Shown: positions 27,824 to 36,851 of the stretch, one piece after another
Numbering within the stretch: position 1 is the first letter of the stretch
How the letters are laid out: each line of letters starts with the position of its first letter
Source: an uncultured Gammaproteobacteria bacterium
GTDB lineage: Bacteria; Patescibacteriota; Microgenomatia; UBA8517
Assembly (NCBI GenBank): GCA_964583685.1
Contig: CAZOVJ010000002.1
Location: 277,862 to 341,861 of the forward strand
Reading direction: 5' to 3'
DNA length: 64,000 bases
Position numbers and translations under genes: made by a program
Notes under the pieces: generated by a model
Seen by the model: the letters and a program-made list of their open reading frames with translations, nothing else
Told to the model about the DNA's origin: nothing
The model's database searches: none

Positions 27824-28156
27824 ATGGCTGTATCACCAGAGAGAGAGCTGCCTCAACCTCCCGAAGGAGTTAAAGAAATACCCGAGACTCTTCCCCAGCG
27901 CCTTGAGAAGGGAGGAGGAGTCAGGGTAAGACCGAGCCAAATCACTGCCCAGGTGCATGATAAAAGGGGTCAGCCGTTAACTCAATCTCAGGCAACAAGA
28001 ATAATAAGCATTCAGCTTCCATCAGATAAAACCAGCCTTATCTCTTGGGCCAAGGGGCCGGTTACAGAATCTCTTACCTGGTTTGCCAATTTCTGGCTAA
28101 GGATTCTCAAAAAGGCAGTTCATTTTAAATGGAAAGTTGTAAACAAGCAGCAGTAA
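27824..28156 (+). CDS. hypothetical protein
   Basis: 110 aa ORF ending 10 nt upstream of the TraD-like ATPase; no motif. Confidence 0.3.
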   Translation: MAVSPERELPQPPEGVKEIPETLPQRLEKGGGVRVRPSQITAQVHDKRGQPLTQSQATRIISIQLPSDKTSLISWAKGPVTESLTWFANFWLRILKKAVHFKWKVVNKQQ

Positions 28157-28165
28157 TTTAAAGTA

Positions 28166-30499
28166 ATGTCAGAAATATTATCAATTAATATTGGAGCAAT
28201 ATTAATAATGGTATTGTTTGTTGGTCTAGTAGTTATTTGTCTTCTGGGATTGGGATTTATTCTTTTTACATTTTTTCGTTTTCGAGGAAGAGAAAAACGC
28301 TCTCTTGATTCAGTTCTTCTCCGGGTGGCTGTTCCTCATGGTAATGAGGTGAAGATTGATGCCATGGAGCAGTTGTTTGCCGCCCTCTTCTCCATTAAAA
28401 AAGGCGGTTGGAAGCAAAAACTTTCCGTTCAACCAACAATTTCATTCGAAATAGTTGCCCTGGCCGAGGATATCAAGTTTTATGTTTGGACACCCAAGAA
28501 ACTGCAAGACCTAATTGAAAAGCAGATACAAGGTGCCCACCCAGATGCAGAGGTTTTAGAGGTTCCAGAATATGATATTTTCCCAGAAAAGGGAAAGGTG
28601 GTCTATAAATCTTTTCAATTAAGCAAAGAGAATTATTACCCAATTAAAGTCTATAAAGATTTACCAACAGACCCCCTGGCTTCCTTGACTTCAGCCCTGG
28701 CCAAAATGGAGAAAGGGGAAGCAGCCGCTATTCAGATTTTGGTCTCACCTGCAGATTCCAAATGGCAAAAAAGGGGTGCTGATTTTATCTCAGAAACAAA
28801 AAAGAGGGAATCAGACCCAGAAGGGGCTAAGTTTTCTGTTCCCGCCAAGACATTGGAAGCAATAGAGTCAAAAGTAGGCAAACCCGGTTTTCAGGTTGCA
28901 GCTAGAATTGTTGTTGTTGCTTCTCAAAAAGAAAAAGCAGATATGCACCTGAAGAACATCTCTGGTACTTTTGCTCAGTTTTCCAGCGAATTGAATAGTT
29001 TTAAGGCTAGAAAAATTAGAAGAAGGGGAGCTTTTATGGATAATTTTCTTTACCGCTATCAGCCAATGTTTCATTTTTTGGGCAATAGGCTTTCTATTTT
29101 AAATTCAGAAGAGATGGCAACGATTTTTCACTTTCCCAACAAACAAGTTACTACCCCGCATATTTACTGGATTTACGCCAAGACAGCGCCTGCTTCAGCC
29201 AAGATTCCCAAAAAGGGGCTTTATCTAGGAGAGAGTAGATATCGGGGAATTGCCAGACCTGTTCATATAGAGGAAGAGGACCGGCGTCGCCATATTTATG
29301 TTATTGGCAAAACTGGAGTGGGAAAATCACAACTTCTCAAAGACCTTATTATTCAGGACATTAAGGCAGGCAAGGGTGTTTGTTTTATCGACCCCCACGA
29401 TACTATTGAGCAGCTTCTTCCCCTTATCCCGCCGGAGAGAGTGGAAGATGTGATATATTTTTATCCTGGAGATACGCAGAGGCCGATGGGCTTAAATCTT
29501 CTTGAGGCAGAAACCGAGGACCAGAGACATTTTGCTGCCACTGCTGTTATTAATATGATGTACAAACTTTTCGACCCTTACAAAACCGGTATTGTTGGAC
29601 CGCGCTTTGAGCATGCCGTAAGAAATGCCATGCTTACGGCCATGGTTGAAGGGGGGTCAACCTTTGTTGAGGTGGTCCGTATCTTAACCGATGCCAAATT
29701 TGTTAATGAGCTTTTACCTAAGGTAAAGGATCCAATGGTCCGTCGCTATTGGACAGACCAGATTGCTCATACAGCAGAATTTCACAAGTCTGAAGTTCTT
29801 GATTATATAGTTTCCAAATTTGGCCGCTTTGTTACCAACCGGATTATAAGAAACATTATTGGCCAATCCAAAAGCTCTTTCAATTTCCGGGAAGTGATGG
29901 ACCAAGGCAAAATTCTCCTCATAAATTTAGCCAAAGGAGAAATTGGAGAGGAAAACTCTAATTTTTTGGGTTTAATTTTAGTCCCTCGAATTTTGATGGC
30001 CGCCATGAGTAGGCAAAATGTTCCTGAAGAAGCAAGGCGTGATTTCTATTTGTATGTTGACGAATTTCAGAATTTTGCCACACCCGATTTTGCCCAGATT
30101 CTTTCCGAAGCCAGGAAATTTAGATTGAATCTTACTGTGGCCAATCAATTTATTGGTCAGGTAGAAGAAGAGGTCAAAAATGCTGTTTTCGGCAATGTGG
30201 GAACAATTGTCTGTTTTAGAGTCGGTGTGACTGATGCAAGCTATCTTTCTCATGAGTTTTCCACGGTTTTTGCCGAGGATGATCTTTTGAATATTGAGAG
30301 ATATCATGCCTATATCAAGACGTTGGTTCACAACGAGCCTGTTCCTCCCTTCTCTATTGATCTTTACAAAGATTTGGGCCTGGAAAAAGAAATGGGCAAT
30401 CCAAAAGTTAGCAAAATCATTAAAGAGATGAGTAGACTTAAATACGGAAGAGACGTTCGCCTTGTTGAGGCAGAAATCACTCGCAGAGCTAAACTTTAA
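28166..30499 (+). CDS. membrane-anchored FtsK/HerA/VirB4-superfamily ATPase, TraD/VirD4 (type IV coupling protein)-like
   Basis: N-terminal TM helices, Walker A IGKTGVGKSQLL, Walker B LYVDEFQNF, and a C-terminal region collinear with T4SS coupling proteins; 777 aa. Confidence 0.5.
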   Translation: MSEILSINIGAILIMVLFVGLVVICLLGLGFILFTFFRFRGREKRSLDSVLLRVAVPHGNEVKIDAMEQLFAALFSIKKGGWKQKLSVQPTISFEIVALAEDIKFYVWTPKKLQDLIEKQIQGAHPDAEVLEVPEYDIFPEKGKVVYKSFQLSKENYYPIKVYKDLPTDPLASLTSALAKMEKGEAAAIQILVSPADSKWQKRGADFISETKKRESDPEGAKFSVPAKTLEAIESKVGKPGFQVAARIVVVASQKEKADMHLKNISGTFAQFSSELNSFKARKIRRRGAFMDNFLYRYQPMFHFLGNRLSILNSEEMATIFHFPNKQVTTPHIYWIYAKTAPASAKIPKKGLYLGESRYRGIARPVHIEEEDRRRHIYVIGKTGVGKSQLLKDLIIQDIKAGKGVCFIDPHDTIEQLLPLIPPERVEDVIYFYPGDTQRPMGLNLLEAETEDQRHFAATAVINMMYKLFDPYKTGIVGPRFEHAVRNAMLTAMVEGGSTFVEVVRILTDAKFVNELLPKVKDPMVRRYWTDQIAHTAEFHKSEVLDYIVSKFGRFVTNRIIRNIIGQSKSSFNFREVMDQGKILLINLAKGEIGEENSNFLGLILVPRILMAAMSRQNVPEEARRDFYLYVDEFQNFATPDFAQILSEARKFRLNLTVANQFIGQVEEEVKNAVFGNVGTIVCFRVGVTDASYLSHEFSTVFAEDDLLNIERYHAYIKTLVHNEPVPPFSIDLYKDLGLEKEMGNPKVSKIIKEMSRLKYGRDVRLVEAEITRRAKL

Positions 30500-30502
30500 A
30501 AA

Positions 30503-31363
30503 ATGGCCAAAATCGGGATCATTGGCTGGGGAGTTGTGGGCCAAGCAACGGGTAAAGCTTTCTCAAAGACCCACGAAGTTTTATGGAACGATCCTGCTTA
30601 TAAATCTTCGACATTTCTTAATAAACTCATAGATAAATCAGAATATATTTTTGTTTGTGTGCCTACCCCGATGTTCTCCGATGAAAGCGGGATAGATTTA
30701 TCCATTGTTAACTCGGTTGTAAGAAAAGTTGCTCCAAAAATAAAAAATACCAATAAAGTTTTGATTATTAAGTCAAGTGTTGTTCCAGGAACGACAGCCT
30801 CTTTGGCTAAGCGCTATCCAAAGGTAAAATTTGCCATGAACCCTGAGTTTTTAACAGAAATAAACGCTCCTTGGGATTTTATTCATACAGACAGAGTTGT
30901 AGTTGGAGCTTTTGATGAGGGAGTTGCAGCTAGAATTGCAAAAATCCACTGGGATATAGTGGGATACAAAGTCAAAATATTCTTAACAGATCCGACAACG
31001 GCCGAGATGGCCAAATATATGAGCAATACTTTTATGGCGGCGAAGGTGATATTTGCTAATGAGATGCATGAATTAGCGGAAAAACTGGGAATAAATTATG
31101 ACGAAGTAAAAGAGATAGTTGCTGCGGATAAAAGAATTGAAACGTCATTTTTGAAAGTAACTTCTTTTATGGGTTTTGGAGGGAAATGCTTTCCAAAAGA
31201 TATCGTTGCCCTTTTAGGACTGGCAAAGAAATTGAAAGTAGATTTAACTGTTTTAAAAGCAGTCTGGAAAAAGAATCTAAAAATTAGAAAGATAAAGGAC
31301 TGGGAAGAGATTGATGGAGCAGTGAATTTTAAGAAGAGAAAACGTTCTTCAAAAAAGAAGTAA
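30503..31363 (+). CDS. UDP-glucose/GDP-mannose dehydrogenase family protein, C-terminally truncated
   Basis: GIIGWGVVGQA NAD-binding, NPEFL and the catalytic GFGGKCFPKD motif are present. The protein stops at 286 aa with a Lys/Arg-rich tail, so the C-terminal UDP-binding domain is missing. Confidence 0.55.
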   Translation: MAKIGIIGWGVVGQATGKAFSKTHEVLWNDPAYKSSTFLNKLIDKSEYIFVCVPTPMFSDESGIDLSIVNSVVRKVAPKIKNTNKVLIIKSSVVPGTTASLAKRYPKVKFAMNPEFLTEINAPWDFIHTDRVVVGAFDEGVAARIAKIHWDIVGYKVKIFLTDPTTAEMAKYMSNTFMAAKVIFANEMHELAEKLGINYDEVKEIVAADKRIETSFLKVTSFMGFGGKCFPKDIVALLGLAKKLKVDLTVLKAVWKKNLKIRKIKDWEEIDGAVNFKKRKRSSKKK

Positions 31364-31407
31364 ACTTCTCATACACCTGCCCATTTTGGTATAATAGCTT
31401 TAGTTTA

Positions 31408-31480
31408 GCACCCGTAGCTCAGTGGTTAGAGCGCGTGTCTTATAAACACGAGGTCCTTGGTTCGATACCAAGCGGGTGCA
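31408..31480 (+). tRNA. tRNA-Ile (anticodon TAT / UAU)
   Basis: Manual cloverleaf: acceptor GCACCCG/CGGGTGC, D-arm GCTC...GAGC, anticodon stem CGTGT/ACACG with loop CTTATAA (anticodon TAT), T-arm GGTCC-TTGGTTC-GATACC... The fold checks out; no CCA encoded. Confidence 0.8.
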
Positions 31481-31511
31481 CTAAGTTGCTTTTTGACATG
31501 TAGCCAGGAGT

Positions 31512-32375
31512 TTACAATTCTTCAAGAACCTGTTTTTTCCCCGGTTCTTTGATTTCAGCCAGTTCAAGGTAACGTTCGGTTGTTGAAAGTCTCTTATGGC
31601 CGACTACTTGGGAAACGGTCACCAGGTCAATGCCCCTTTTTAGGTTTTCCACCATGAATGTTGTTCTTAAATCATTAACCGAAAAACCAGAGATTCCCGC
31701 CTTTTGCATATAGCGGTCTATGGCTGCTCGAATGTTTCTTATTGCTAAGGGCCTGCCGTTTTTACTAATAAATACAAAAGGAGAACTGGTTTTAATCCGA
31801 TTCTTTAAATAGTTATCCAGAGCCTTTTTCCCAGGGCGGTTAAGAGGAACTGTTCTTTGAGGTTGTGTTGCGTAAGCCTCAATGATAATTTCATTACTTT
31901 TTATATTTTCGAGTTTTAAGTTAGCCACTTCAGAAATTCTCATTCCAGTTTGGAGAATAAGCTCAATAATGGCGGCAACCCGGATATCTGTTCGGGCAAC
32001 ATCTCTTAATGCCCGGTATTCAAGTTGAGAAAGAAATTTGGGAACTGAGATTTCTATTTTGGGATGGCTAACTTCTTTTGATGGGTCTTCTTTGATAACA
32101 CCCTCTATCTTTAGCCATCTAAAAAATGTTTTAATGGCATTGAGCTTTCTTGAGGTTGATTTGGGGGTGTACTTTTCCGCCAAAAGCCAGTTTTTGAATT
32201 CTTCCAAATAGTCCGGTCTTACCTGGCTGACCAGAACAGTATTTTTTTGTTCTAAAAATGAAATTAACTGTTCAAGGTCCGTTCCATAGGCTAAAATTGT
32301 TGAAGGAGAACGCCCTTTCTCTTTTAGATTTTTAGTAAAAGTAGGAAGCAGTTTTTTAAGTGGTTTTTCTGCCAT
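31512..32375 (-). CDS. tyrosine recombinase (XerC/XerD / phage-integrase family)
   Basis: 287 aa; N-terminal core-binding domain; C-terminal catalytic motifs (R...HKRLSTTERYLEL with the nucleophilic Tyr). Its stop lies 32 nt from the tRNA-Ile 3' end. Confidence 0.8.
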   Translation of the reverse strand: MAEKPLKKLLPTFTKNLKEKGRSPSTILAYGTDLEQLISFLEQKNTVLVSQVRPDYLEEFKNWLLAEKYTPKSTSRKLNAIKTFFRWLKIEGVIKEDPSKEVSHPKIEISVPKFLSQLEYRALRDVARTDIRVAAIIELILQTGMRISEVANLKLENIKSNEIIIEAYATQPQRTVPLNRPGKKALDNYLKNRIKTSSPFVFISKNGRPLAIRNIRAAIDRYMQKAGISGFSVNDLRTTFMVENLKRGIDLVTVSQVVGHKRLSTTERYLELAEIKEPGKKQVLEEL

Positions 32376-32447
32376 AATCTTTTTTTCTGTTATTAGATGT
32401 CCTATATAATAACATAAATCTGAGAAAGGTCAATATTATAGGTATCC

Positions 32448-32852
32448 ATGTTTGAGAATTTAGCGGACAAGCTCAAGTCTAAAATGCATGAGTTTATTCC
32501 TTATGTTTTACTTCTTACAGCCTTGTTTTTGGCATTTTCTGTTGTCCGCAATGTCTTTAAAATTTTAAAGGCAGGGGAGAGAATAAGGCAGGAAAGAGAG
32601 AAAGTAGAGGAGTTGAGACTTGAGAATGAGGGACTGAAGGAGGAAGTTAAACTTGTTCAAGGACAAGAATTTTTAGAAAAACAGGCAAGAGATAAATTGG
32701 GTTTGGCCAAAGAAGGAGAGATTGTTTTAGTTCTGCCCGAAAAGGAGACACTTAAACTGTTCATCCTGGAGACAAAAGAGGAAAAAGAAACATTACCTGA
32801 CCCAAATTGGAAAAAATGGTTGAAATTGTTTTTTTCTAACTTCTGGCCCTGA
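32448..32852 (+). CDS. FtsB/DivIC-like septum formation initiator
   Basis: N-terminal TM followed by a Leu/Glu-rich coiled coil (EELRLENEGLKEEVKLVQ); 134 aa. Confidence 0.5.
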   Translation: MFENLADKLKSKMHEFIPYVLLLTALFLAFSVVRNVFKILKAGERIRQEREKVEELRLENEGLKEEVKLVQGQEFLEKQARDKLGLAKEGEIVLVLPEKETLKLFILETKEEKETLPDPNWKKWLKLFFSNFWP

Positions 32853-32916
32853 GTTTGCAGTTTAGCTTGGAAATTGATATTATTGTTTCTGCAATAAGCT
32901 TGATAGATAGGCTATG

Positions 32917-32989
32917 TGCGGGGTAGTGTAGGGTTGCACGGGAGGCTCATAATCTCCCAGACTAGGTTCGACTCCTAGCCCCGCAACCA
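32917..32989 (+). tRNA. tRNA with CAT anticodon (elongator Met or Ile2/lysidine type), CCA encoded
   Basis: Manual fold: acceptor TGCGGGG/CCCCGCA, U8, anticodon stem GGAGG/TCTCC with loop CTCATAA, T-arm CTAGG-TTCGACT-CCTAG, discriminator A plus CCA. It lacks the three G-C pairs of initiator tRNAs. Confidence 0.7.
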
Positions 32990-33061
32990 GCTAGGGTAGC
33001 TCAGGGGCAGAGCAATCGTTTCATAAGCGATAGGTCGTGGGTTCGAATCCCACTCCTAGCA
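32990..33061 (+). tRNA. second tRNA with CAT anticodon, directly abutting the first
   Basis: Acceptor GCTAGGG/TCCTAGC (G7-U66 wobble), D-arm GCTC-AGGGGCA-GAGC, anticodon stem ATCGT/GCGAT with loop TTCATAA, T-arm GTGGG-TTCGAAT-CCCAC. No CCA encoded. Confidence 0.7.
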
Positions 33062-33075
33062 CTTCCTCCTGGAAT

Positions 33076-34062
33076 ATGCTCAGAAAAAAAAGGGTTTTAT
33101 CAGGTATTAGGGCAACCGGCAGACTGCATTTGGGAAATTATCTGGGTGCGGTTAAGGGTATGTTGGCCTTACAAAAGAATCCTGATTATGAAACTTTTTA
33201 TATGGTGGCGGATCTCCATTCTCTAACCACCCCCTATGAACCTGAGAGGCTGAAGACAGATATTGATGAGGTAGTTTTAGATTATCTTGCGGCCGGCCTT
33301 GACCCCAAAAAAAGCGCTATCTTTATTCAATCGCATGTTCCAGAACATGTAGAGCTGGCTTATCTTTTCTCCACTTTAGTTTCTGTAGCAAGAATGGCAC
33401 ATTTACCAACTTATAAGGAAAAGGCTAAACAATACCCCAAACATGTCACCATGGCCCTTCTTAATTATCCAGTATTAATGGCGGCCGATATCTTAATTTA
33501 TGGGGCAAACCTGGTTCCAGTGGGTATTGATCAGGAGCCGCATTTAGAAATTGCCCGAGAAATTACTCGAAAGATGAACGCTAAGTATGGTACTGATTTT
33601 CCAGAACCAAAACGCTTTGTCACAAAAGGAGGATACATTCCTAGTCTGACCGGAGGGGGCAAGATGAGTAAATCAATAGAGGGCAGCTATATTAGCTTAT
33701 CTGATGATTTGAAAGCGATTCGTAAAAAACTTGCTGCAGCTCCAACCGATAGGGGAAAAGGAAAAAGTGTTCCCAAAGAGGGTGGAGTGGTAAATCTTTT
33801 GAAGTTAGTCGAGCTTTTTCAGGGAGAAAAAAAGCGAAAGGAATATGAGAGGCAATATCTATCAGTCGGGGTTAGTTATAATAAGTTAAAGGCAGAGCTG
33901 GCAGAAGTTGTCTTTGGAGAACTCAGGCCAATTCAAAAACGCCGCTCTAAATTAGAAAGTAAATCAGGTTATTTGGAAAAGATTTTAGAATTAGGAGCCA
34001 AAAGAGCCCGAAAGATTAGCCGGCAGACTCTTTCTCAAGTCAAGAGCAAAATGGGTTTGTAG
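33076..34062 (+). CDS. trpS: tryptophanyl-tRNA synthetase
   Basis: HLGNYLG (HIGH-class motif) and KMSKS. Start taken at the internal Met (33076) because the listed ORF start overlaps the tRNA. Confidence 0.85.
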   Translation: MLRKKRVLSGIRATGRLHLGNYLGAVKGMLALQKNPDYETFYMVADLHSLTTPYEPERLKTDIDEVVLDYLAAGLDPKKSAIFIQSHVPEHVELAYLFSTLVSVARMAHLPTYKEKAKQYPKHVTMALLNYPVLMAADILIYGANLVPVGIDQEPHLEIAREITRKMNAKYGTDFPEPKRFVTKGGYIPSLTGGGKMSKSIEGSYISLSDDLKAIRKKLAAAPTDRGKGKSVPKEGGVVNLLKLVELFQGEKKRKEYERQYLSVGVSYNKLKAELAEVVFGELRPIQKRRSKLESKSGYLEKILELGAKRARKISRQTLSQVKSKMGL

Positions 34063-34071
34063 TCCTTTTCT

Positions 34072-35931
34072 ATGTTAAATAAAAAAATTGATAGAAAGAA
34101 AGGTCGACAACTGGGACTAAAGGTAAAAATAAACCTTTGGAAGATTTTACTTGCTTTTTTAATCTTTATCTTTTTAGCCCCTCTCTTTTTGGCTTTTTTT
34201 CAATCAAAGATTGATAGCGGTCAGATAGAATTATCTCAGGCATTGAACGATATCAAAGAGGATAAGATTAAGCAGGTAGTAGTTAATGAAGAAAAGCTTG
34301 TTTTTACCTATAAAGACGGTACTACTAAGATTGCCACCAAGGAGAAAAATATTAGTTTTCCCGAGCTTCTTGATAGGGCAAAAATAGACCCTGATTTAGT
34401 CAATTACAAAGTTTCTGACCAAACAGTGGCAAAGATAGTGGGTGAAATTATCAGTGTGCTTTTACCTCTCGGTCTTATGGCCGCTTTTTTCTTTTTTATA
34501 CTAAGGGCCCAGAACAAAGGAGTAAAGGATATTTTTTCTTTTGGTAGAAGTAGGGCCAAACTTTTTGCTAAAGGTAAACAGTCTGTTACCTTTGCCGATG
34601 TTGCCGGGGTTGATGAAGCAAAAAAGGAACTAAAAGAGGTTGTTGATTTTTTGAAACACCCGGCCAAATATCGGAGAGTAGGTGCTCGTACTCCAAAAGG
34701 AGCACTTTTGCTAGGCCCGTCTGGCGTTGGCAAGACCTTACTTGCTCGAGCAGTGGCTGGTGAGGCGAACGTTCCCTTTTTCTCCATGGCCGGAAGTGAA
34801 TTTATGGAGATGCTGGTGGGTGTGGGTGCCTCTCGGGTAAGGGATCTTTTTGGTCAAGCTAAAGCCTCTGCCCCTTCGATTATCTTTATTGACGAAATTG
34901 ATGCCATTGGCAGACAGCGGGGAAGGGGATTTGTTGGTGGACATGATGAGCGCGAACAAACACTAAATCAAATTTTAGTTGAAATGGATGGATTTACCCC
35001 CAATGATAATGTTATCGTTGTTGCCGCTACCAACCGCGGAGATTTATTAGACCCTGCTCTTTTACGACCAGGAAGGTTTGATCGCAGAATTAGTCTGGAT
35101 ATGCCGGACAGAGAAGGGAGAAAGGCAATTTTACTGATTCATGCACGAGGTAAAAAATTCAGAAAGGATATTGATTGGGAAAGAGTGGCCAATAGAACAG
35201 TTGGCTTTTCAGGAGCGGACTTGGAAAATATGCTCAATGAAGCAGCCATTCTTACGGCAAGAGATAATAAACTGGAAATCAAGATGGACGATATTGAAGA
35301 AGCGGCCACTAAGGTAAAATTGGGTCCGGCCAAGAAGAAACTTCAGAGCGAAGAAGATAGAAAAATTACTGCCTATCATGAAGCTGGTCATGCTATTGTT
35401 TCCCATAATCTGAGCAAAACAGACCCTGTTCATCGGATTTCAATTGTTGCCCGGGGCATAAGCTTGGGCTTTACCCTAATTCCGCCCTCTAGGGATAGGG
35501 TTCATGAAACAAAATCTCGCCTAATTGAACAGGTAATTGCCATGATGGGTGGAAGGGCAGCTGAGGAGGTTGTTTTTTCTGAGATGACTTCTGGTGCTGC
35601 CAGTGATATCCAGCAAGCAACAAAGATAGCCAGGGCAATGGTTATTGATTTTGGCATGAGCCCCTTGGGACCAATTAATCTAGGGCCTCAGATAGAATAT
35701 GGAGAACTTGGCAGACCCGGTTGGTTTGAACCCTCACAATTATCTCCGGGCATGCAGGAAAAGGTCGATATAGAAGTAAAGAGGATAGTTGATTCTTGTT
35801 ATAAGAAAGCGATTGAGATAGTCAAGGATAAGAGAAAGGATTTGGACAAGGTGGTTCAGGCTTTACTGAAAAAGGAAAATCTGGACAAGGAGGATTTTGA
35901 GAAAATTGTCGGCAAGAAGCCTACGAAGTGA
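34072..35931 (+). CDS. ftsH: ATP-dependent zinc metalloprotease FtsH
   Basis: Two N-terminal TMs, AAA module ([20 protein letters not shown]), SRH, and the zinc site HEAGHAIV. Confidence 0.9.
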   Translation: MLNKKIDRKKGRQLGLKVKINLWKILLAFLIFIFLAPLFLAFFQSKIDSGQIELSQALNDIKEDKIKQVVVNEEKLVFTYKDGTTKIATKEKNISFPELLDRAKIDPDLVNYKVSDQTVAKIVGEIISVLLPLGLMAAFFFFILRAQNKGVKDIFSFGRSRAKLFAKGKQSVTFADVAGVDEAKKELKEVVDFLKHPAKYRRVGARTPKGALLLGPSGVGKTLLARAVAGEANVPFFSMAGSEFMEMLVGVGASRVRDLFGQAKASAPSIIFIDEIDAIGRQRGRGFVGGHDEREQTLNQILVEMDGFTPNDNVIVVAATNRGDLLDPALLRPGRFDRRISLDMPDREGRKAILLIHARGKKFRKDIDWERVANRTVGFSGADLENMLNEAAILTARDNKLEIKMDDIEEAATKVKLGPAKKKLQSEEDRKITAYHEAGHAIVSHNLSKTDPVHRISIVARGISLGFTLIPPSRDRVHETKSRLIEQVIAMMGGRAAEEVVFSEMTSGAASDIQQATKIARAMVIDFGMSPLGPINLGPQIEYGELGRPGWFEPSQLSPGMQEKVDIEVKRIVDSCYKKAIEIVKDKRKDLDKVVQALLKKENLDKEDFEKIVGKKPTK

Positions 35932-35937
35932 TTTTTT

Positions 35938-36843
35938 ATGTCTAAACTTCTTCTTTTGGACGGGAACGCCATTCTTCATCGGGCTTATCACGCCTTGCCG
36001 CCTTTAACCAGCAAAAAGGGAAAGCAGATAAATGCAGTTTATGGATTTATTACCATGCTTCTTAGGGTGATTGTTGATTTAAAACCGACCCATATTGCCG
36101 TAGCCTTTGACAGCAAGAAACCAACCTTCAGGCACAAGGTATATCGTCAATATCAGGCCCAGAGACCGAAGATGAAGCCAGAGTTGGCCGGTCAGTTTAA
36201 GATTATCAAAAGGGTTTTGAAGGCCTTTGCCATTCCAACCTACTCACTTGTCGGTTATGAGGCGGATGATGTTATTGGCACAATTGCCCGGCAGGCTAAA
36301 TCAAAACCTAAAATTGATGAGGTTATAATTGTTACCGGTGACCAGGATATTTTGCAGCTGGTGGGCAGAGGGGTGAAGGTTTATATGCCGATTAGGGGTT
36401 TGTCCCAGGCAAAGCTTTTTGGAACCCGAGCGGTAAAAGAAAGATTGACTATTCTTCCTTCTCAGATTATTGACTATAAAGCCCTTGTCGGCGACCCTTC
36501 TGATAATTATCCAGGTGTTCCTGGTATTGGGCCGAAAACGGCAGTTGAGCTTTTGGCAAAATATAAGAATCTTGAGACAATATATGAAAATCTTGATAAG
36601 ATTCCAGAAAGTATAAGAAAGAAATTAATTAAAGGAGAGGAACTAGCCTGGCTTTCAAAGAAATTGGCAACGATTGTCATCAAACTACCGATTAAGCTGG
36701 ATTTAAGAGAAGCAAAAAAATGGGATGTCCAGAGAGAAGAAGCAATCAATCTCTTTGGTGATTTAGGTTTTAAAACTTTAAGCAAAAGAGTTGAAAAATT
36801 TGGCAAACAGCTTAATAAACAAGGACAGTTGACTTTAGTCTGA
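35938..36843 (+). CDS. stand-alone 5'-3' exonuclease (Pol I N-terminal-domain/FEN-like)
   Basis: LLLDGNAILHRAYHA, acidic metal-binding clusters, and an H3TH region (PGVPGIGPKTA). Confidence 0.8.
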   Translation: MSKLLLLDGNAILHRAYHALPPLTSKKGKQINAVYGFITMLLRVIVDLKPTHIAVAFDSKKPTFRHKVYRQYQAQRPKMKPELAGQFKIIKRVLKAFAIPTYSLVGYEADDVIGTIARQAKSKPKIDEVIIVTGDQDILQLVGRGVKVYMPIRGLSQAKLFGTRAVKERLTILPSQIIDYKALVGDPSDNYPGVPGIGPKTAVELLAKYKNLETIYENLDKIPESIRKKLIKGEELAWLSKKLATIVIKLPIKLDLREAKKWDVQREEAINLFGDLGFKTLSKRVEKFGKQLNKQGQLTLV

Positions 36844-36851
36844 TAAATGAA

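Noticed and set aside
29978-30544. 188-aa minus-strand ORF, and similar long antisense ORFs elsewhere (34404..34787, 44644..45027, 45508..45882, 46971..47333, 38624..39148).
   Set aside because: All lie entirely inside strongly supported sense genes (TraD-like ATPase, FtsH, P-type ATPase, CaCA, RecF). They show low-complexity or Ser/Ala/Pro-rich composition typical of antisense frames.
31408-32375. Intact prophage or genomic island integrated at tRNA-Ile next to the tyrosine recombinase.
   Set aside because: Genes immediately beyond the recombinase (ftsB-like, tRNAs, trpS, ftsH) are core. No phage structural genes are present. Only a decayed-remnant hypothesis is retained as a finding.
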